Assembly: GCA_040876265.1 (NCBI GenBank)
Contig: JBBDPN010000002.1
Span: 170,510 to 234,509 of the forward strand
Source of the DNA: Candidatus Woykebacteria bacterium
Lineage (GTDB): Bacteria > Patescibacteriota > Microgenomatia > Woykebacterales > RBG-16-39-9b
Length of the DNA stretch: 64,000 nt
Direction of reading: 5' to 3'
In this document: piece after piece, positions 28,434 to 37,862 of the stretch
Numbering within the stretch: position 1 is the first letter of the stretch
How the letters are laid out: the number at the start of each line of letters is the position of its first letter
The notes under the pieces: generated by a model
Told to the model about the DNA's origin: nothing
The model's database searches: none
The model's input: the letters and a program-made list of their open reading frames with translations, nothing else
Translations under genes and position numbers: made by a program

Positions 28434-29144
28434 ATGAAGAAGCCACTCGTAGTTGCCAATTGGAAAGCAACTAAAACACATAATGAGACAATTGACTGGA
28501 TAGAAAAAGCTAAGCCCTTACTCGAGAAGGTTAGTGGGTCCGAGATTGCTATCTGTCCTCCATTTCCCTCTCTGACAACCGCGTATTCCTATTTTAAAGG
28601 TACAAACGTAAAATTGGGAGCTCAAGATGTTTCAAAGTTCAAAAAAGGCGCTTATACGGCTGAAGTTACGGTGGAAATGCTGGACGGGCTGGTGACCCAT
28701 TGCATAGTTGGTCATTCGGAGAGAAGAAAGTATTTTAGCGAAAACGATGATGATGTTATTCAGAAAGTTAATCTGCTTTTGGAATTTGAAATAACACCAG
28801 TTCTTTGTGTGAGCGACCTGAAGCAAATGGATTCGTACGTTCAACGCGGCCGGAAAATTATTGATCGAGCCGAAAAAATAGTTTTTGTTTACGAACCGCC
28901 GACCGCAATAAGTGGGGGTGGTGATTACCGACCAGAAGAACCTGGAGTTGCAAACGAAAATGCTGGAAAAATTGGCAAAAAAATAGGTAAAAAAGTTACC
29001 ATCCTTTATGGAGGGAGTATCAACCCCGACAACGCCCACACATTTTTCTCCCAAAGCAATATTGATGGCGGTCTAATTGGCCAGGCAAGTACTGACCCGG
29101 GCACCTTTTCAGATTTGTTAGTTAGTGCGAAGCTTAATGGTTGA
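28434..29144 (+). CDS. tpiA: triosephosphate isomerase
   Basis: VANWK start. GHSERR. YEPPTAISGG. ILYGGSI. The start is placed just after the pgk stop. Confidence 0.8.
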   Translation: MKKPLVVANWKATKTHNETIDWIEKAKPLLEKVSGSEIAICPPFPSLTTAYSYFKGTNVKLGAQDVSKFKKGAYTAEVTVEMLDGLVTHCIVGHSERRKYFSENDDDVIQKVNLLLEFEITPVLCVSDLKQMDSYVQRGRKIIDRAEKIVFVYEPPTAISGGGDYRPEEPGVANENAGKIGKKIGKKVTILYGGSINPDNAHTFFSQSNIDGGLIGQASTDPGTFSDLLVSAKLNG

Positions 29145-29147
29145 TTC

Positions 29148-30311
29148 ATGAAATATGTAGATTATGGCGTTTTAAAACCTAATGCTCTGAACCAAAAAAA
29201 GAAGAAACGAAAAAAAATCGTTCTTTTTGCTTCTGGGCTGGTAGCTGCTTCAATCATCGGTATTTTCGGCTACGCGTTTTATTGGCCCATCTCAAATCTA
29301 ATCGGGCAGATATTGAAGGATCCCGGGTCTGTACTTTCCTTTTTTCGCGACCCCAGTGGGGAATTAAAATCGACCGACGGTAAGACTAATTTTCTTATTT
29401 TAGGCATAGATAAGAGGTCAAACGTACCCTACACTTATCTGGGCCCAAGCGGTAAACAAGAGCACAATGGATTTTTGTCAGATACCATAATAGTTGCCTC
29501 TGTAGATTTAACGACAAAAAAGGCGGTTATGATTTCTGTACCTCGCGACACATGGGTTTCTATCCCTGGCTGGAGTGGGTTTCCAGCGAGTGAGGGTAAA
29601 ATAAATTCCACTTACTCTTTGGGAGATATGTACGGCCATCCTGGTGGGGGTTTAAATTTGGCGAAAAAAGTAGTTTCTAGCCATTTGGGGATACCGGTCC
29701 ATTACGCTATACGAGTGGATTTTGAAAGTTTCATCAAATCTGTAGATACGCTGGGTGGTTTAGATATCGTCGTGGAAAAAACATTCGACGATTATAAATA
29801 TCCAGTAGCTGGGAAAGAAGCTGCCAATTGTTTTGGGGGAGGTTATAATTGTAGATTTGAACACATTCATTTTGACGCTGGAAAAACCCACATGGATGGG
29901 GAAACAGCCCTTAAATACGCAAGAAGTAGGAGTGGTACAAACGGTGAGGGTAGTGATTTTGCTCGAGCACGAAGGCAACAAAGGGTAATCCAAGCATTTG
30001 TAAAAAAGGCCACTTCTCTTGAAAATCTTCTAGACCCGTTTAAGTTAAACAGCCTATTCAAAAATTTGGGCGAAACCGTGGAAACAGATTTTGACCTAGC
30101 TTCTCTTCCAGCGCTTGCCAAACTTTCCAAAGAAGTGCATATGGGGAGTATTCAAACCATGGTCTTGGATCCTTCCTCCGGGCTTATGCAAACCCCCAGC
30201 GCAACTCTTTACGGTGGTGCCTACGTGATTATTCCAAAAAATGGTTGGGAGGAAATAAAGACAAGAGTGAGAGAATTTTTGGATAAAACTTCTCCGGAGG
30301 AAGAAAAATGA
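29148..30311 (+). CDS. LytR-CpsA-Psr (LCP) family cell-envelope phosphotransferase
   Basis: N-terminal TM. FLILGIDKR ... DTIIVASVD ... SVPRDTWV LCP motifs. Confidence 0.8.
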   Translation: MKYVDYGVLKPNALNQKKKKRKKIVLFASGLVAASIIGIFGYAFYWPISNLIGQILKDPGSVLSFFRDPSGELKSTDGKTNFLILGIDKRSNVPYTYLGPSGKQEHNGFLSDTIIVASVDLTTKKAVMISVPRDTWVSIPGWSGFPASEGKINSTYSLGDMYGHPGGGLNLAKKVVSSHLGIPVHYAIRVDFESFIKSVDTLGGLDIVVEKTFDDYKYPVAGKEAANCFGGGYNCRFEHIHFDAGKTHMDGETALKYARSRSGTNGEGSDFARARRQQRVIQAFVKKATSLENLLDPFKLNSLFKNLGETVETDFDLASLPALAKLSKEVHMGSIQTMVLDPSSGLMQTPSATLYGGAYVIIPKNGWEEIKTRVREFLDKTSPEEEK

Positions 30312-30964
30312 TCTATTTAGTTCATGGGCAAAATGTGGTCGAATCAAGGAGGTTTTTGGTTCGACTAAAGACCAACTACCAAAATATCGAGGCTCTGAGT
30401 GGAAAAACTATCACAAACAAGGCCTTAGAAAAAATCTTAAAAGAGTTTTCCTTTCACCTTTTTGGCGGAAAAAGCGCTTTACTAATCGAGCATTTTAGTG
30501 GTGATTGGACCCAAATACCAAAAAATATTTCTAGAGATCTGGATCTTATTCTGTGGTCCGATAAGAAAATTGACACTAGAGGGCTGACGGGAAAAGCCTA
30601 TCTATTTAGTAAGCCGCTAAAAGCCACTACCTTTAACTTATCAGACGCTATTCTTTACAAAAACGAAAAAGAAGCCCAGAATCTAACATCGGAATTGTTA
30701 AGCAGCAAAGAGCCGGTAGAAAAAATAATCGGTGCTTTGACCCATAGCCTATTTCTTGTATATTGTGCCAAAAAAGAAAGTTTGTCTGGTGCAAACCTGC
30801 CGGAATTTGTCAAAGATAAACTTATCGGTCAAGCGAAGCTTTGGAATAAGCTCTCTTTGAGAAGGGCAATGATCTATTTGCTTTCAACTGACGTGTCCAT
30901 AAAGGAAGGGATGAGGGCTGACCTTGCAATGGCCTCATTTATTAGTCGAGTAGTGGCTTCATAA
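30308..30964 (+). CDS. DNA polymerase III delta subunit-like (HolA-like, short)
   Basis: MIYLVHGQN start and overall resemblance to the HolA N-terminal domain. Weak call. Confidence 0.35.
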   Translation: MIYLVHGQNVVESRRFLVRLKTNYQNIEALSGKTITNKALEKILKEFSFHLFGGKSALLIEHFSGDWTQIPKNISRDLDLILWSDKKIDTRGLTGKAYLFSKPLKATTFNLSDAILYKNEKEAQNLTSELLSSKEPVEKIIGALTHSLFLVYCAKKESLSGANLPEFVKDKLIGQAKLWNKLSLRRAMIYLLSTDVSIKEGMRADLAMASFISRVVAS

Positions 30965-30971
30965 GATCTAA

Positions 30972-31157
30972 CTATTTTGTAGTGGTTTCTAGATCATCTA
31001 GCACTTTTGTATCAAGATTAGGGTCAAGACTTTGTATTTGTTTTTGGGTAGGCGCGGGTATGGTGTCGGTTGTGAAAATCCTGTACACTTGGAAAACGGC
31101 CCAAAGTACTAAGGTGATTAAGGTTAGTATTAAAATAGGCACAAACTTCTTACTCAT
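30972..31157 (-). CDS. small membrane protein downstream of pilO
   Basis: 61-aa ORF with one TM, in operon position after pilN and pilO. Confidence 0.3.
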   Translation of the reverse strand: MSKKFVPILILTLITLVLWAVFQVYRIFTTDTIPAPTQKQIQSLDPNLDTKVLDDLETTTK

Positions 31158-31812
31158 TTACCCCTCCACTGGTACTCTGACTTGAAACACTCCCAGCTGC
31201 ATTTGAATCCTCCCCTAAATAATACGTAGTGATTTGTAGAGCTTGTTTTACCACCCCGCCGTTGTCTCTAGCTAAGTTAGCCGTAGTTACGTCACTAGTC
31301 CTTATAAAGCTTTCCAGATCTTTGAGAAATTTTCTAAAGTTTGTGAAATTACCTTCCAATGTCAGGTTATAACTAAGATCTTTTGTTCTAAGATCGTCTC
31401 CTATTTCTGGTTTCGAAAGTGGAACAGTCGAAAATTGCACCGCCGTTATGGAAAGTTTATATTTTCTTGCGAAAGATTCAATTTTTCTTAAGTACGGAGT
31501 TACGTCGGAACCTAAGGGAAGAGCAAGCTCGAGTGTCGGTAGCCCCTCTCTTATTTGGTCCAAGTTCAACTTTGCTTGCTGTATATTGGTGAGTTTATTC
31601 TCCAAATTAGTCTTTACTACTTTCGCATCTGCGAGCTCTTTATTTAGCTTTGTTATATGCTGCACCGCGGGATAAATCAAAAAAATAAGCACAATTAGCA
31701 GTACTAGGGTTGCTATAATAGAAAAGTAACCTCCTTGAATTGAGTCACTTAGTACTCGGCCAAGTTGATTTCTAGATTGATTATTCTCCGCCATTTTGCA
31801 CCTCCGTAGCAA
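31150..31812 (-). CDS. pilO: type IV pilus assembly protein PilO-like
   Basis: N-terminal TM, coiled-coil, then periplasmic domain. Adjacent to the PilN-like gene. Confidence 0.5.
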   Translation of the reverse strand: MLRRCKMAENNQSRNQLGRVLSDSIQGGYFSIIATLVLLIVLIFLIYPAVQHITKLNKELADAKVVKTNLENKLTNIQQAKLNLDQIREGLPTLELALPLGSDVTPYLRKIESFARKYKLSITAVQFSTVPLSKPEIGDDLRTKDLSYNLTLEGNFTNFRKFLKDLESFIRTSDVTTANLARDNGGVVKQALQITTYYLGEDSNAAGSVSSQSTSGGVNE

Positions 31813-32377
31813 AACCCTCTGACACTATTAATGCGTCAGCCGAAAAGGTAAAGTCCGATTGTTTTTCTGTAGGGTGCTCAAGATTACTTATATTTAAACC
31901 GACAATTTTTTGAGACTGTGAAAAGCTGGATATTAAAGTTTGGAGCTCTCTCGGCGATCTAAAAGACCCAGAGAAGGTTACCTGATTCTTACTGATTTCT
32001 AGCGAATCTAATTTCATTCCTCTAGGTAACAGTTTTAGAAGCTCAGCTATCACGGCGTTGTTAAGGAAATGCGCTGCTCTTAAACCTTTTATTTCGTTTA
32101 TTCTGTTTTGGACAAAACGAAACTCGTTTTCAAACTCGGCTTCGGTATCAACTTGGGCGGTAAGGACTTGAATGTCTTCTTTGAGACCTTGCTTATCAGT
32201 TGAGAGTTTTATACTCAAAACGAAGATCGAAATTGCTATTATTTCAGTGAGGATTACCAAAAAGCGGCCAACGGTTAAAGCCCAATGTACAGCAGTTCCA
32301 ACAGTACCGGCAGGTTTTTCACCACCGGGCATTAGGTTTATATTAATCTCAGCAGGTTTAGGGGCAGCTTTAGCCAT
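31781..32377 (-). CDS. pilN: type IV pilus assembly protein PilN-like
   Basis: ININLMP (INLLP-like) N-terminus. Single TM, then periplasmic domain. Confidence 0.5.
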   Translation of the reverse strand: MAKAAPKPAEININLMPGGEKPAGTVGTAVHWALTVGRFLVILTEIIAISIFVLSIKLSTDKQGLKEDIQVLTAQVDTEAEFENEFRFVQNRINEIKGLRAAHFLNNAVIAELLKLLPRGMKLDSLEISKNQVTFSGSFRSPRELQTLISSFSQSQKIVGLNISNLEHPTEKQSDFTFSADALIVSEGFATEVQNGGE

Positions 32378-32406
32378 TTATCTTACTTTAAGCTAAGTAT
32401 AGCAAG

Positions 32407-32733
32407 TTAACGCACTTTTTGACTAGGTCTTTCTCGCGAGAGCTTGTTAGTCTTGGTTGATGCGTTGCCGCTACCAAGATTGGTTTTTGAGGATTTGGTT
32501 TTTGGCAGCAGGCCGCTTAGACGAGATTTACTGCGATCGGCTCTTTTTTTTGGGATAATTCCTTTTTTTGCGGCCGTGTCGAGCGCTGAATAAGCATTTG
32601 CTAAATTATCATTTGATGGTTTTGCTCGGTAGGCTTTAATCGCTGCCTTAAATTTATCTTTTACCTTTATATTCACTACCTTCTTCCGAAGATCAGCTCG
32701 TAATTTCTTTTTCGCACTTTTTATAATTGGCAT
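32407..32733 (-). CDS. rpsT: 30S ribosomal protein S20 with basic C-terminal extension
   Basis: MPIIKSAKKKLRADLRKK N-terminus and the AIKAYRAKP ... AAKKGIIPKKRADR core of S20. ATG at 32733. Confidence 0.7.
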   Translation of the reverse strand: MPIIKSAKKKLRADLRKKVVNIKVKDKFKAAIKAYRAKPSNDNLANAYSALDTAAKKGIIPKKRADRSKSRLSGLLPKTKSSKTNLGSGNASTKTNKLSRERPSQKVR

Positions 32734-32843
32734 AATTTGAGCCCTCGTAAATTGGCAATTACGTGTCCGCACATAATTGGCACGGTGAGTAATGTTAACA
32801 AAATGTTGGCACAAATTCAAGTTCCTGATATTATTTAGAGAGT

Positions 32844-34532
32844 ATGGTTCGCCAATTTATCAGAAATAGTACTCAGGTCCTATTTCGGCGGCAGACGACA
32901 ATAGTCTCAGCCGCAGTCATAATGATGTTTTTGGTCCTAGCCTCAATAGTTCTAGGTCTAATAAGAAATAGATTTTTAGCCCATTATTTTCCTATCGATC
33001 AAATAGGAGCATACAAAGCGTCATTTGTAGTACCAGATCTTCTTTCCAGTATCCTTATTACCGGGATGCTGTCGGTGGCTTTTATACCCGTTTTTACCAC
33101 TTATTTAAACAATAAACAGGAAAAGGAAGCGTGGAACATTGCTGACTCTGTCGTAAATATTTCCTTACTGTTTTACCTTTCGTTAGCAATTGGTATATTT
33201 ATTTTCATTCGCCCCATCACCGAAACATTTGTTGTACCTGGGTTCAGTCCCGAAAAAGTCGCGCTAACAACAAATCTAGCTAGAGTTATATTAATTGCCC
33301 AAATCTTTTTAATAATCGGTAGTTTTTTCACTTCGGTATTACAAAGTTTCCACAGATTTATTATCCCGGCAATTGCTCCAGTTCTTTACAACGTAGGGAT
33401 AATCATTGGAATTTTATGGTTGCGACCATTTTTTGGGTTCATAGGTGTAGCGTGGGGTGTACTAATTGGAGCTTTTTTCTTTATGTTGATTCAATTTTTG
33501 TTAGTCAAGAAATTTGGGTTTAAATATAAATTCGAGTTGAGACTAAGGGACAAAGGAGTAATAGACATAATCAAGTTGTCCTTGCCGCGGGCAATTGGGG
33601 TTGGACTGGCGCGGGTCGAATGGTGGGTGAGTATATTTCTATCTTCTTTGCTGGTGGCCGGATCGGCAAATACTGGGATTTTTGGTTTCGCCGCTGATAT
33701 CCAAAATTTCCCTATAAGTTTATTTGGAGTCACCTTCGCCACGGCAGCACTACCGATGCTGTCGGCCGAGTGGGCAACAAACAAACTTGAACATTTTAAG
33801 GCAACATTTTTAACCACATTACACCAAGTAATTTATTTGACCGTTCCTTTGAGTATTCTGCTGATGACACTACGGATTCCAATCGTTAGAATAATTTATG
33901 GCAGCGGGTTTTTTGATTGGGATGCTACTGTTGCGACTGCAGTGACCACCTCTTATTTTGCAATTGGGATTTTTGCCCAGAGCGGAGTCCTCCTTTTGAT
34001 AAGGACGTTCTATGCTTTGCACGATGCCGCAACGCCTCTGAAAGTGGCGGTAGGTTCTTTAATTTTTCACGTTACGATAAGTTCTTTTCTTGTATTTTTT
34101 GTGGCCCCGAAAGTCCTAATACCTGTAGCATTGCTCGGTCTGTCAGCGTCATTTACAGGAATATTTAGCTTTTTTATTCTGCTTTACCTGCTTCATAGGA
34201 AGGTGGGCGGTTTTGATAAACATAAGCTTTTTGTACCAGCTGGAAAAATATTTTTTTCGGCGGCTGCGATGGGTTTACTTCTATATATACCTCTTCATGT
34301 TAAAATCGGAGGAACTTATGTAATTGATTACATAATAGATACGACCAGGGTGTTTAATCTTCTTATTCTGACAGCGGCTGCACTGATCCTAGGACTTGCG
34401 ATTTACGTGGCACTGACCTGGTGGCTAAAGAGCGAAGAACTCAAAAATTTCCTCAAACTTCTACCCGATATCCGCCGTTTGCAGAAATTCCTGATTATCC
34501 AGGAAAAATTTGACGCTAGTAACCCCAAATAA
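32844..34532 (+). CDS. murJ: lipid II flippase MurJ (MviN)
   Basis: 14-TM protein with a MurJ-type N-terminus (ASIVLGLIRNRFLAHYF). 562 aa. Confidence 0.8.
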   Translation: MVRQFIRNSTQVLFRRQTTIVSAAVIMMFLVLASIVLGLIRNRFLAHYFPIDQIGAYKASFVVPDLLSSILITGMLSVAFIPVFTTYLNNKQEKEAWNIADSVVNISLLFYLSLAIGIFIFIRPITETFVVPGFSPEKVALTTNLARVILIAQIFLIIGSFFTSVLQSFHRFIIPAIAPVLYNVGIIIGILWLRPFFGFIGVAWGVLIGAFFFMLIQFLLVKKFGFKYKFELRLRDKGVIDIIKLSLPRAIGVGLARVEWWVSIFLSSLLVAGSANTGIFGFAADIQNFPISLFGVTFATAALPMLSAEWATNKLEHFKATFLTTLHQVIYLTVPLSILLMTLRIPIVRIIYGSGFFDWDATVATAVTTSYFAIGIFAQSGVLLLIRTFYALHDAATPLKVAVGSLIFHVTISSFLVFFVAPKVLIPVALLGLSASFTGIFSFFILLYLLHRKVGGFDKHKLFVPAGKIFFSAAAMGLLLYIPLHVKIGGTYVIDYIIDTTRVFNLLILTAAALILGLAIYVALTWWLKSEELKNFLKLLPDIRRLQKFLIIQEKFDASNPK

Positions 34533-34555
34533 TTTTCAGCTGTTTACGTATTGTT

Positions 34556-36322
34556 ATGGGAAACATCCGTAATTTTTCAATCATCGCCCATATTGACCAT
34601 GGCAAATCCACGCTCGCGGACAGGCTCTTAGAAATTACTGGAACTATCAAAAAAGAAAACTTGTCACCCCAGCATCTCGATCAGCTTGATCTTGAACGGG
34701 AGAGAGGCATTACAATCAAACTCGCACCAGTAACGATGATTTACAAAGGTTTCACCCTTAATCTCATTGATACACCCGGTCACGTCGATTTTTCTTACGA
34801 AGTGTCACGCTCACTTGCGGCTGTTGAGGGAGCTGTTCTTTTGGTGGATGCCACAAAGGGAATTGAGGCCCAAACCCTCGGTAATTTCTTGCTCGCGAAA
34901 AACCAAAATCTAAAAATAATTCCAGTTATAAATAAAATTGATCTTCCAAACGCTCAAGTTGAAGAGGTTGAAAAGCAATTGGTTGAAACCGCCGGATTTC
35001 AAAAAAGTCAGATTTACAAAGCTAGTGCTAAAACTGGCGAAGGCGTAGAAAAATTACTGGGAAAAATTATTGAAATTGTCCCTCATCCTTCCGGAAAAGA
35101 GGAAAAACCATTTCGGGCGCTGATCTTCGATTCATTCTACGACCAATTTAAAGGGGTCATAGCTTATGTACGCGTTTTTGATGGGAAGATAAAAAAAGGC
35201 GAAAAAGTGGAATTTTTTGGGGTTGGCAAAAGCGTGACAGCGGAAAGCCTTGGCCAATTCGCACCAAGTTTAGTCGAGAGAGGAACACTGCGCGCGGGAG
35301 AAATTGGCTGGATAGCAACCGGACTAAAAAATGTCGAATACGTAAGAGTTGGCGATACTATTACAAGGCTTGATAAAAAAGCCGAACCCATCCTGGGTTA
35401 TAAAGAGACAAAACCTTTTGTCTTTGCTGGGGTTTTTCCAGTAGATAGGGATGAGTTCCCAGCCCTCAAAGATGCTCTGGAAAAACTGAAATTAAACGAC
35501 GCCGCTCTTCACTACGAGGCAGAAAACTCACCCGTTCTTGGATTTGGTGTCCGGGCCGGGTTTCTTGGACTCCTTCATATGGAGATCGTGCAGGAAAGGC
35601 TGGAGCGAGAATTTGATTTGGATCTGATCCTCACCTCACCCACGGTTCCTTATAGATTAGTAAAAACAAACGGTGAAAAGCTGGAGATCTCAAATCCTAG
35701 TTCTTTCCCCTCGTCCCCCGTGATAAAGGAAATAAAGGAACCTTGGGTAAAAGGGAGCATTGTAAGTTTGCAAAATTATTACGGGCCGATCTCCCAACTG
35801 CTTTATGATCATAGGGCGGCGATCACGGACGCTGAGTATTTTGGAGATAAGGTAAGGGTTTTAGTTCAGCTGCCTCTGGCCGAAATAGTGTCTTCTTTTT
35901 ACGATAAGCTCAAAACTGTATCGTCCGGATTTGCAAGTTTCGACTATGAAATCGGTGAGTTTAAGTCCATAGATGCGGTTAAGTTGGATATATTGGTTGC
36001 TGGGGAGAGTGTAGATGCCCTGTCCCAAATTGTAGTGAAGGACAAAGCTTACAAGACAGGGAAAGCTTTGGTTGAACGATTAAAGGATGTTATCCCTCGC
36101 CAAAATTTCGAGGTTTCCCTCCAAGCTGCGATCAGTGGGAAAATAATCGCCGCTGAAAAAATCCCCACTTTCCGAAAAGATGTCACTGCCAAACTTTACG
36201 GTGGCGATAGGACTAGAAAAGATAAACTTCTTAAAAAGCAGAAAAAGGGTAAGAGTCGTATGAAGATGGTCGGTAAGGTATTAATACCGCAGGAGGCTTT
36301 TCTCTCTGTACTTAAGATTTAG
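34556..36322 (+). CDS. lepA: elongation factor 4 (LepA)
   Basis: G-domain IRNFSIIAHIDHGKSTL, DTPGH, NKID. LepA C-terminal domain. 588 aa. Confidence 0.9.
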   Translation: MGNIRNFSIIAHIDHGKSTLADRLLEITGTIKKENLSPQHLDQLDLERERGITIKLAPVTMIYKGFTLNLIDTPGHVDFSYEVSRSLAAVEGAVLLVDATKGIEAQTLGNFLLAKNQNLKIIPVINKIDLPNAQVEEVEKQLVETAGFQKSQIYKASAKTGEGVEKLLGKIIEIVPHPSGKEEKPFRALIFDSFYDQFKGVIAYVRVFDGKIKKGEKVEFFGVGKSVTAESLGQFAPSLVERGTLRAGEIGWIATGLKNVEYVRVGDTITRLDKKAEPILGYKETKPFVFAGVFPVDRDEFPALKDALEKLKLNDAALHYEAENSPVLGFGVRAGFLGLLHMEIVQERLEREFDLDLILTSPTVPYRLVKTNGEKLEISNPSSFPSSPVIKEIKEPWVKGSIVSLQNYYGPISQLLYDHRAAITDAEYFGDKVRVLVQLPLAEIVSSFYDKLKTVSSGFASFDYEIGEFKSIDAVKLDILVAGESVDALSQIVVKDKAYKTGKALVERLKDVIPRQNFEVSLQAAISGKIIAAEKIPTFRKDVTAKLYGGDRTRKDKLLKKQKKGKSRMKMVGKVLIPQEAFLSVLKI

Positions 36323-36464
36323 TAGAAAGTCGTATAGCAACCCCCGTACCTCAAAACTAAAGTTTTTCAGTACGCTTGGTTGCTGCGACCACTTCGTGGA
36401 CTAGAAAATGGTCGGCCGCGTTCAAATACCCCAAGAGGCTTTCCTATCGGTTCTAAAAGTTTAA
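36266..36464 (+). repeat. diverged ~57-nt direct duplication of the lepA 3' end with an 85-nt spacer carrying the 21-nt motif; the downstream copy is an intact 18-codon mini-ORF (36408-36464)
   Basis: ATGGTCGGTAAGGTATTAATACCGCAGGAGGCTTTTCTCTCTGTACTTAAGATTTAG versus ATGGTCGGCCGCGTTCAAATACCCCAAGAGGCTTTCCTATCGGTTCTAAAAGTTTAA. Peptides MVGKVLIPQEAFLSVLKI versus MVGRVQIPQEAFLSVLKV. Confidence 0.65.
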
Positions 36465-36477
36465 GGTTTAGCTCGTT

Positions 36478-36765
36478 TTGGTATACTTGAATTATATGTT
36501 GAGGAATATTATTGCCGTAGCCGTCTCAGTATTGGTGGGGATTGTTCTATTGTTTTTCGCGGTTGTATTTCTTTTGCTCTCGGCTGGTTTTGATAACTCC
36601 AATCCTTCACTTTCGGAAATCCTTCCAGGGGTAATTGCGTTGATAATAGCTATTGCAGCCGCCTCAGGTTTAAGTTGGGGGATAAGTAAGAACTGGAAAA
36701 TAGTTTTATTGACAGTCTCAATAGTAGTGTTGATATCCTTCCCAATTTTTGGTTTGGGGTTCTAG
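36478..36765 (+). CDS. small hypothetical membrane protein (3 TM)
   Basis: 95-aa hydrophobic ORF. Confidence 0.3.
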   Translation: MVYLNYMLRNIIAVAVSVLVGIVLLFFAVVFLLLSAGFDNSNPSLSEILPGVIALIIAIAAASGLSWGISKNWKIVLLTVSIVVLISFPIFGLGF

Positions 36766-36831
36766 GTTTTGTCCCTTCTTGTATCCTAGTAGCTAAAATA
36801 TTATTGTGAGCAACGCAATTTTTGAGTTGAC

Positions 36832-37731
36832 TTATTTCTGCTGAAATCCTTTTTCCAAAAAGCTATACACTTCTTTCCGGTAAAGATCGGGGTCGGATTT
36901 GTAGGTTTCTATGTGGCTGCCTTTATAAAAAACCACCAACCTACTTTTCTTGTTCGCATCGGCTAAAAGTTCTTGACTGTTTTTCAAGGGAATCGTTTCA
37001 TCCTGTGCCCCGTGGAGAAATAGGAATTTTCTTTTTGGAGCCAATTTTATCTTATCGATCGGTCGGATGATAGAAAGATCAACCCCGAAAAAAGTTTTGT
37101 TAAAGAAAAATATGGTTGGGTGAAAAAAGGGTGGGATCAGTTTTTCCTTCCACAAACGGTCGGATATGATAGGCCTAAATTCTGTAGCAGTACTATCTAG
37201 TACTATTGGACCAATTTCTTTCAGTTGGTCAATTACCATCAGAGTTGAAATAGCCCCAGTCGAGTCAGCAATTATACCAATATTTTTGGGTACAAAATCT
37301 TTAGTCTGTGCAAACTGTACCGCGCCCATCACATCATTTCCTTCCACTGAACCGTAACCAACCCTAGCCCCTTCGGAAAGACCATGGCTCCGGGTATCAT
37401 AAAGCAGAACATTGTAACCCCCTTCAATTAATTCTTTAGCAATCATTGGGGCTAGGTACTCAACGTTCGCTCTATTTGGTAGTAAACCGCTAACCATAAT
37501 AATTAAGTTTTTGCCTTTTGAGCGGAAAAGCCAACCCTTCAAATTGATCCCATCCAAAGCTTGGAAATCTACCTCCTCATAATTTTTTGAGATAACCTCT
37601 GGCGAAATTTCTATGCTAGGAGCTAGCCGAGAGGTCATAGCGTTGGCAATATAGACAGATATGCCAAGATACAATAGGGCCACGAGAACCAATGTAGCCA
37701 GAAAAATCTTTCCTACGATAATCTTCCTCAC
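36832..37731 (-). CDS. alpha/beta hydrolase-fold protein with N-terminal membrane anchor
   Basis: N-terminal TM. Alpha/beta-hydrolase-like spacing with HGxxD (LHGAQDE). The nucleophile elbow is not canonical. Confidence 0.45.
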   Translation of the reverse strand: MRKIIVGKIFLATLVLVALLYLGISVYIANAMTSRLAPSIEISPEVISKNYEEVDFQALDGINLKGWLFRSKGKNLIIMVSGLLPNRANVEYLAPMIAKELIEGGYNVLLYDTRSHGLSEGARVGYGSVEGNDVMGAVQFAQTKDFVPKNIGIIADSTGAISTLMVIDQLKEIGPIVLDSTATEFRPIISDRLWKEKLIPPFFHPTIFFFNKTFFGVDLSIIRPIDKIKLAPKRKFLFLHGAQDETIPLKNSQELLADANKKSRLVVFYKGSHIETYKSDPDLYRKEVYSFLEKGFQQK

Positions 37732-37769
37732 GAGTCCAATTTTAACCTAATCCCAATCCTCACACCAGC

Positions 37770-37808
37770 TCTAACACCCTTGACAACCATTAGCACTCGT
37801 GGTAGATT
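37770..37808 (+). promoter_or_regulatory. promoter (TTGACA-N17-TAGATT) overlapping a CIRCE-like operator (TTAGCACTC-N9-ttGTGCTAc) upstream of hrcA
   Basis: TTGACA at 37770-37775. CIRCE left arm TTAGCACTC at 37780-37788. Imperfect right arm GTGCTAC at 37800-37806. Confidence 0.5.
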
Positions 37809-37862
37809 TGTGCTACTCTCGAACCGTATCAGGTTCAATATCTGGACAGCAGGTGCATTTTT

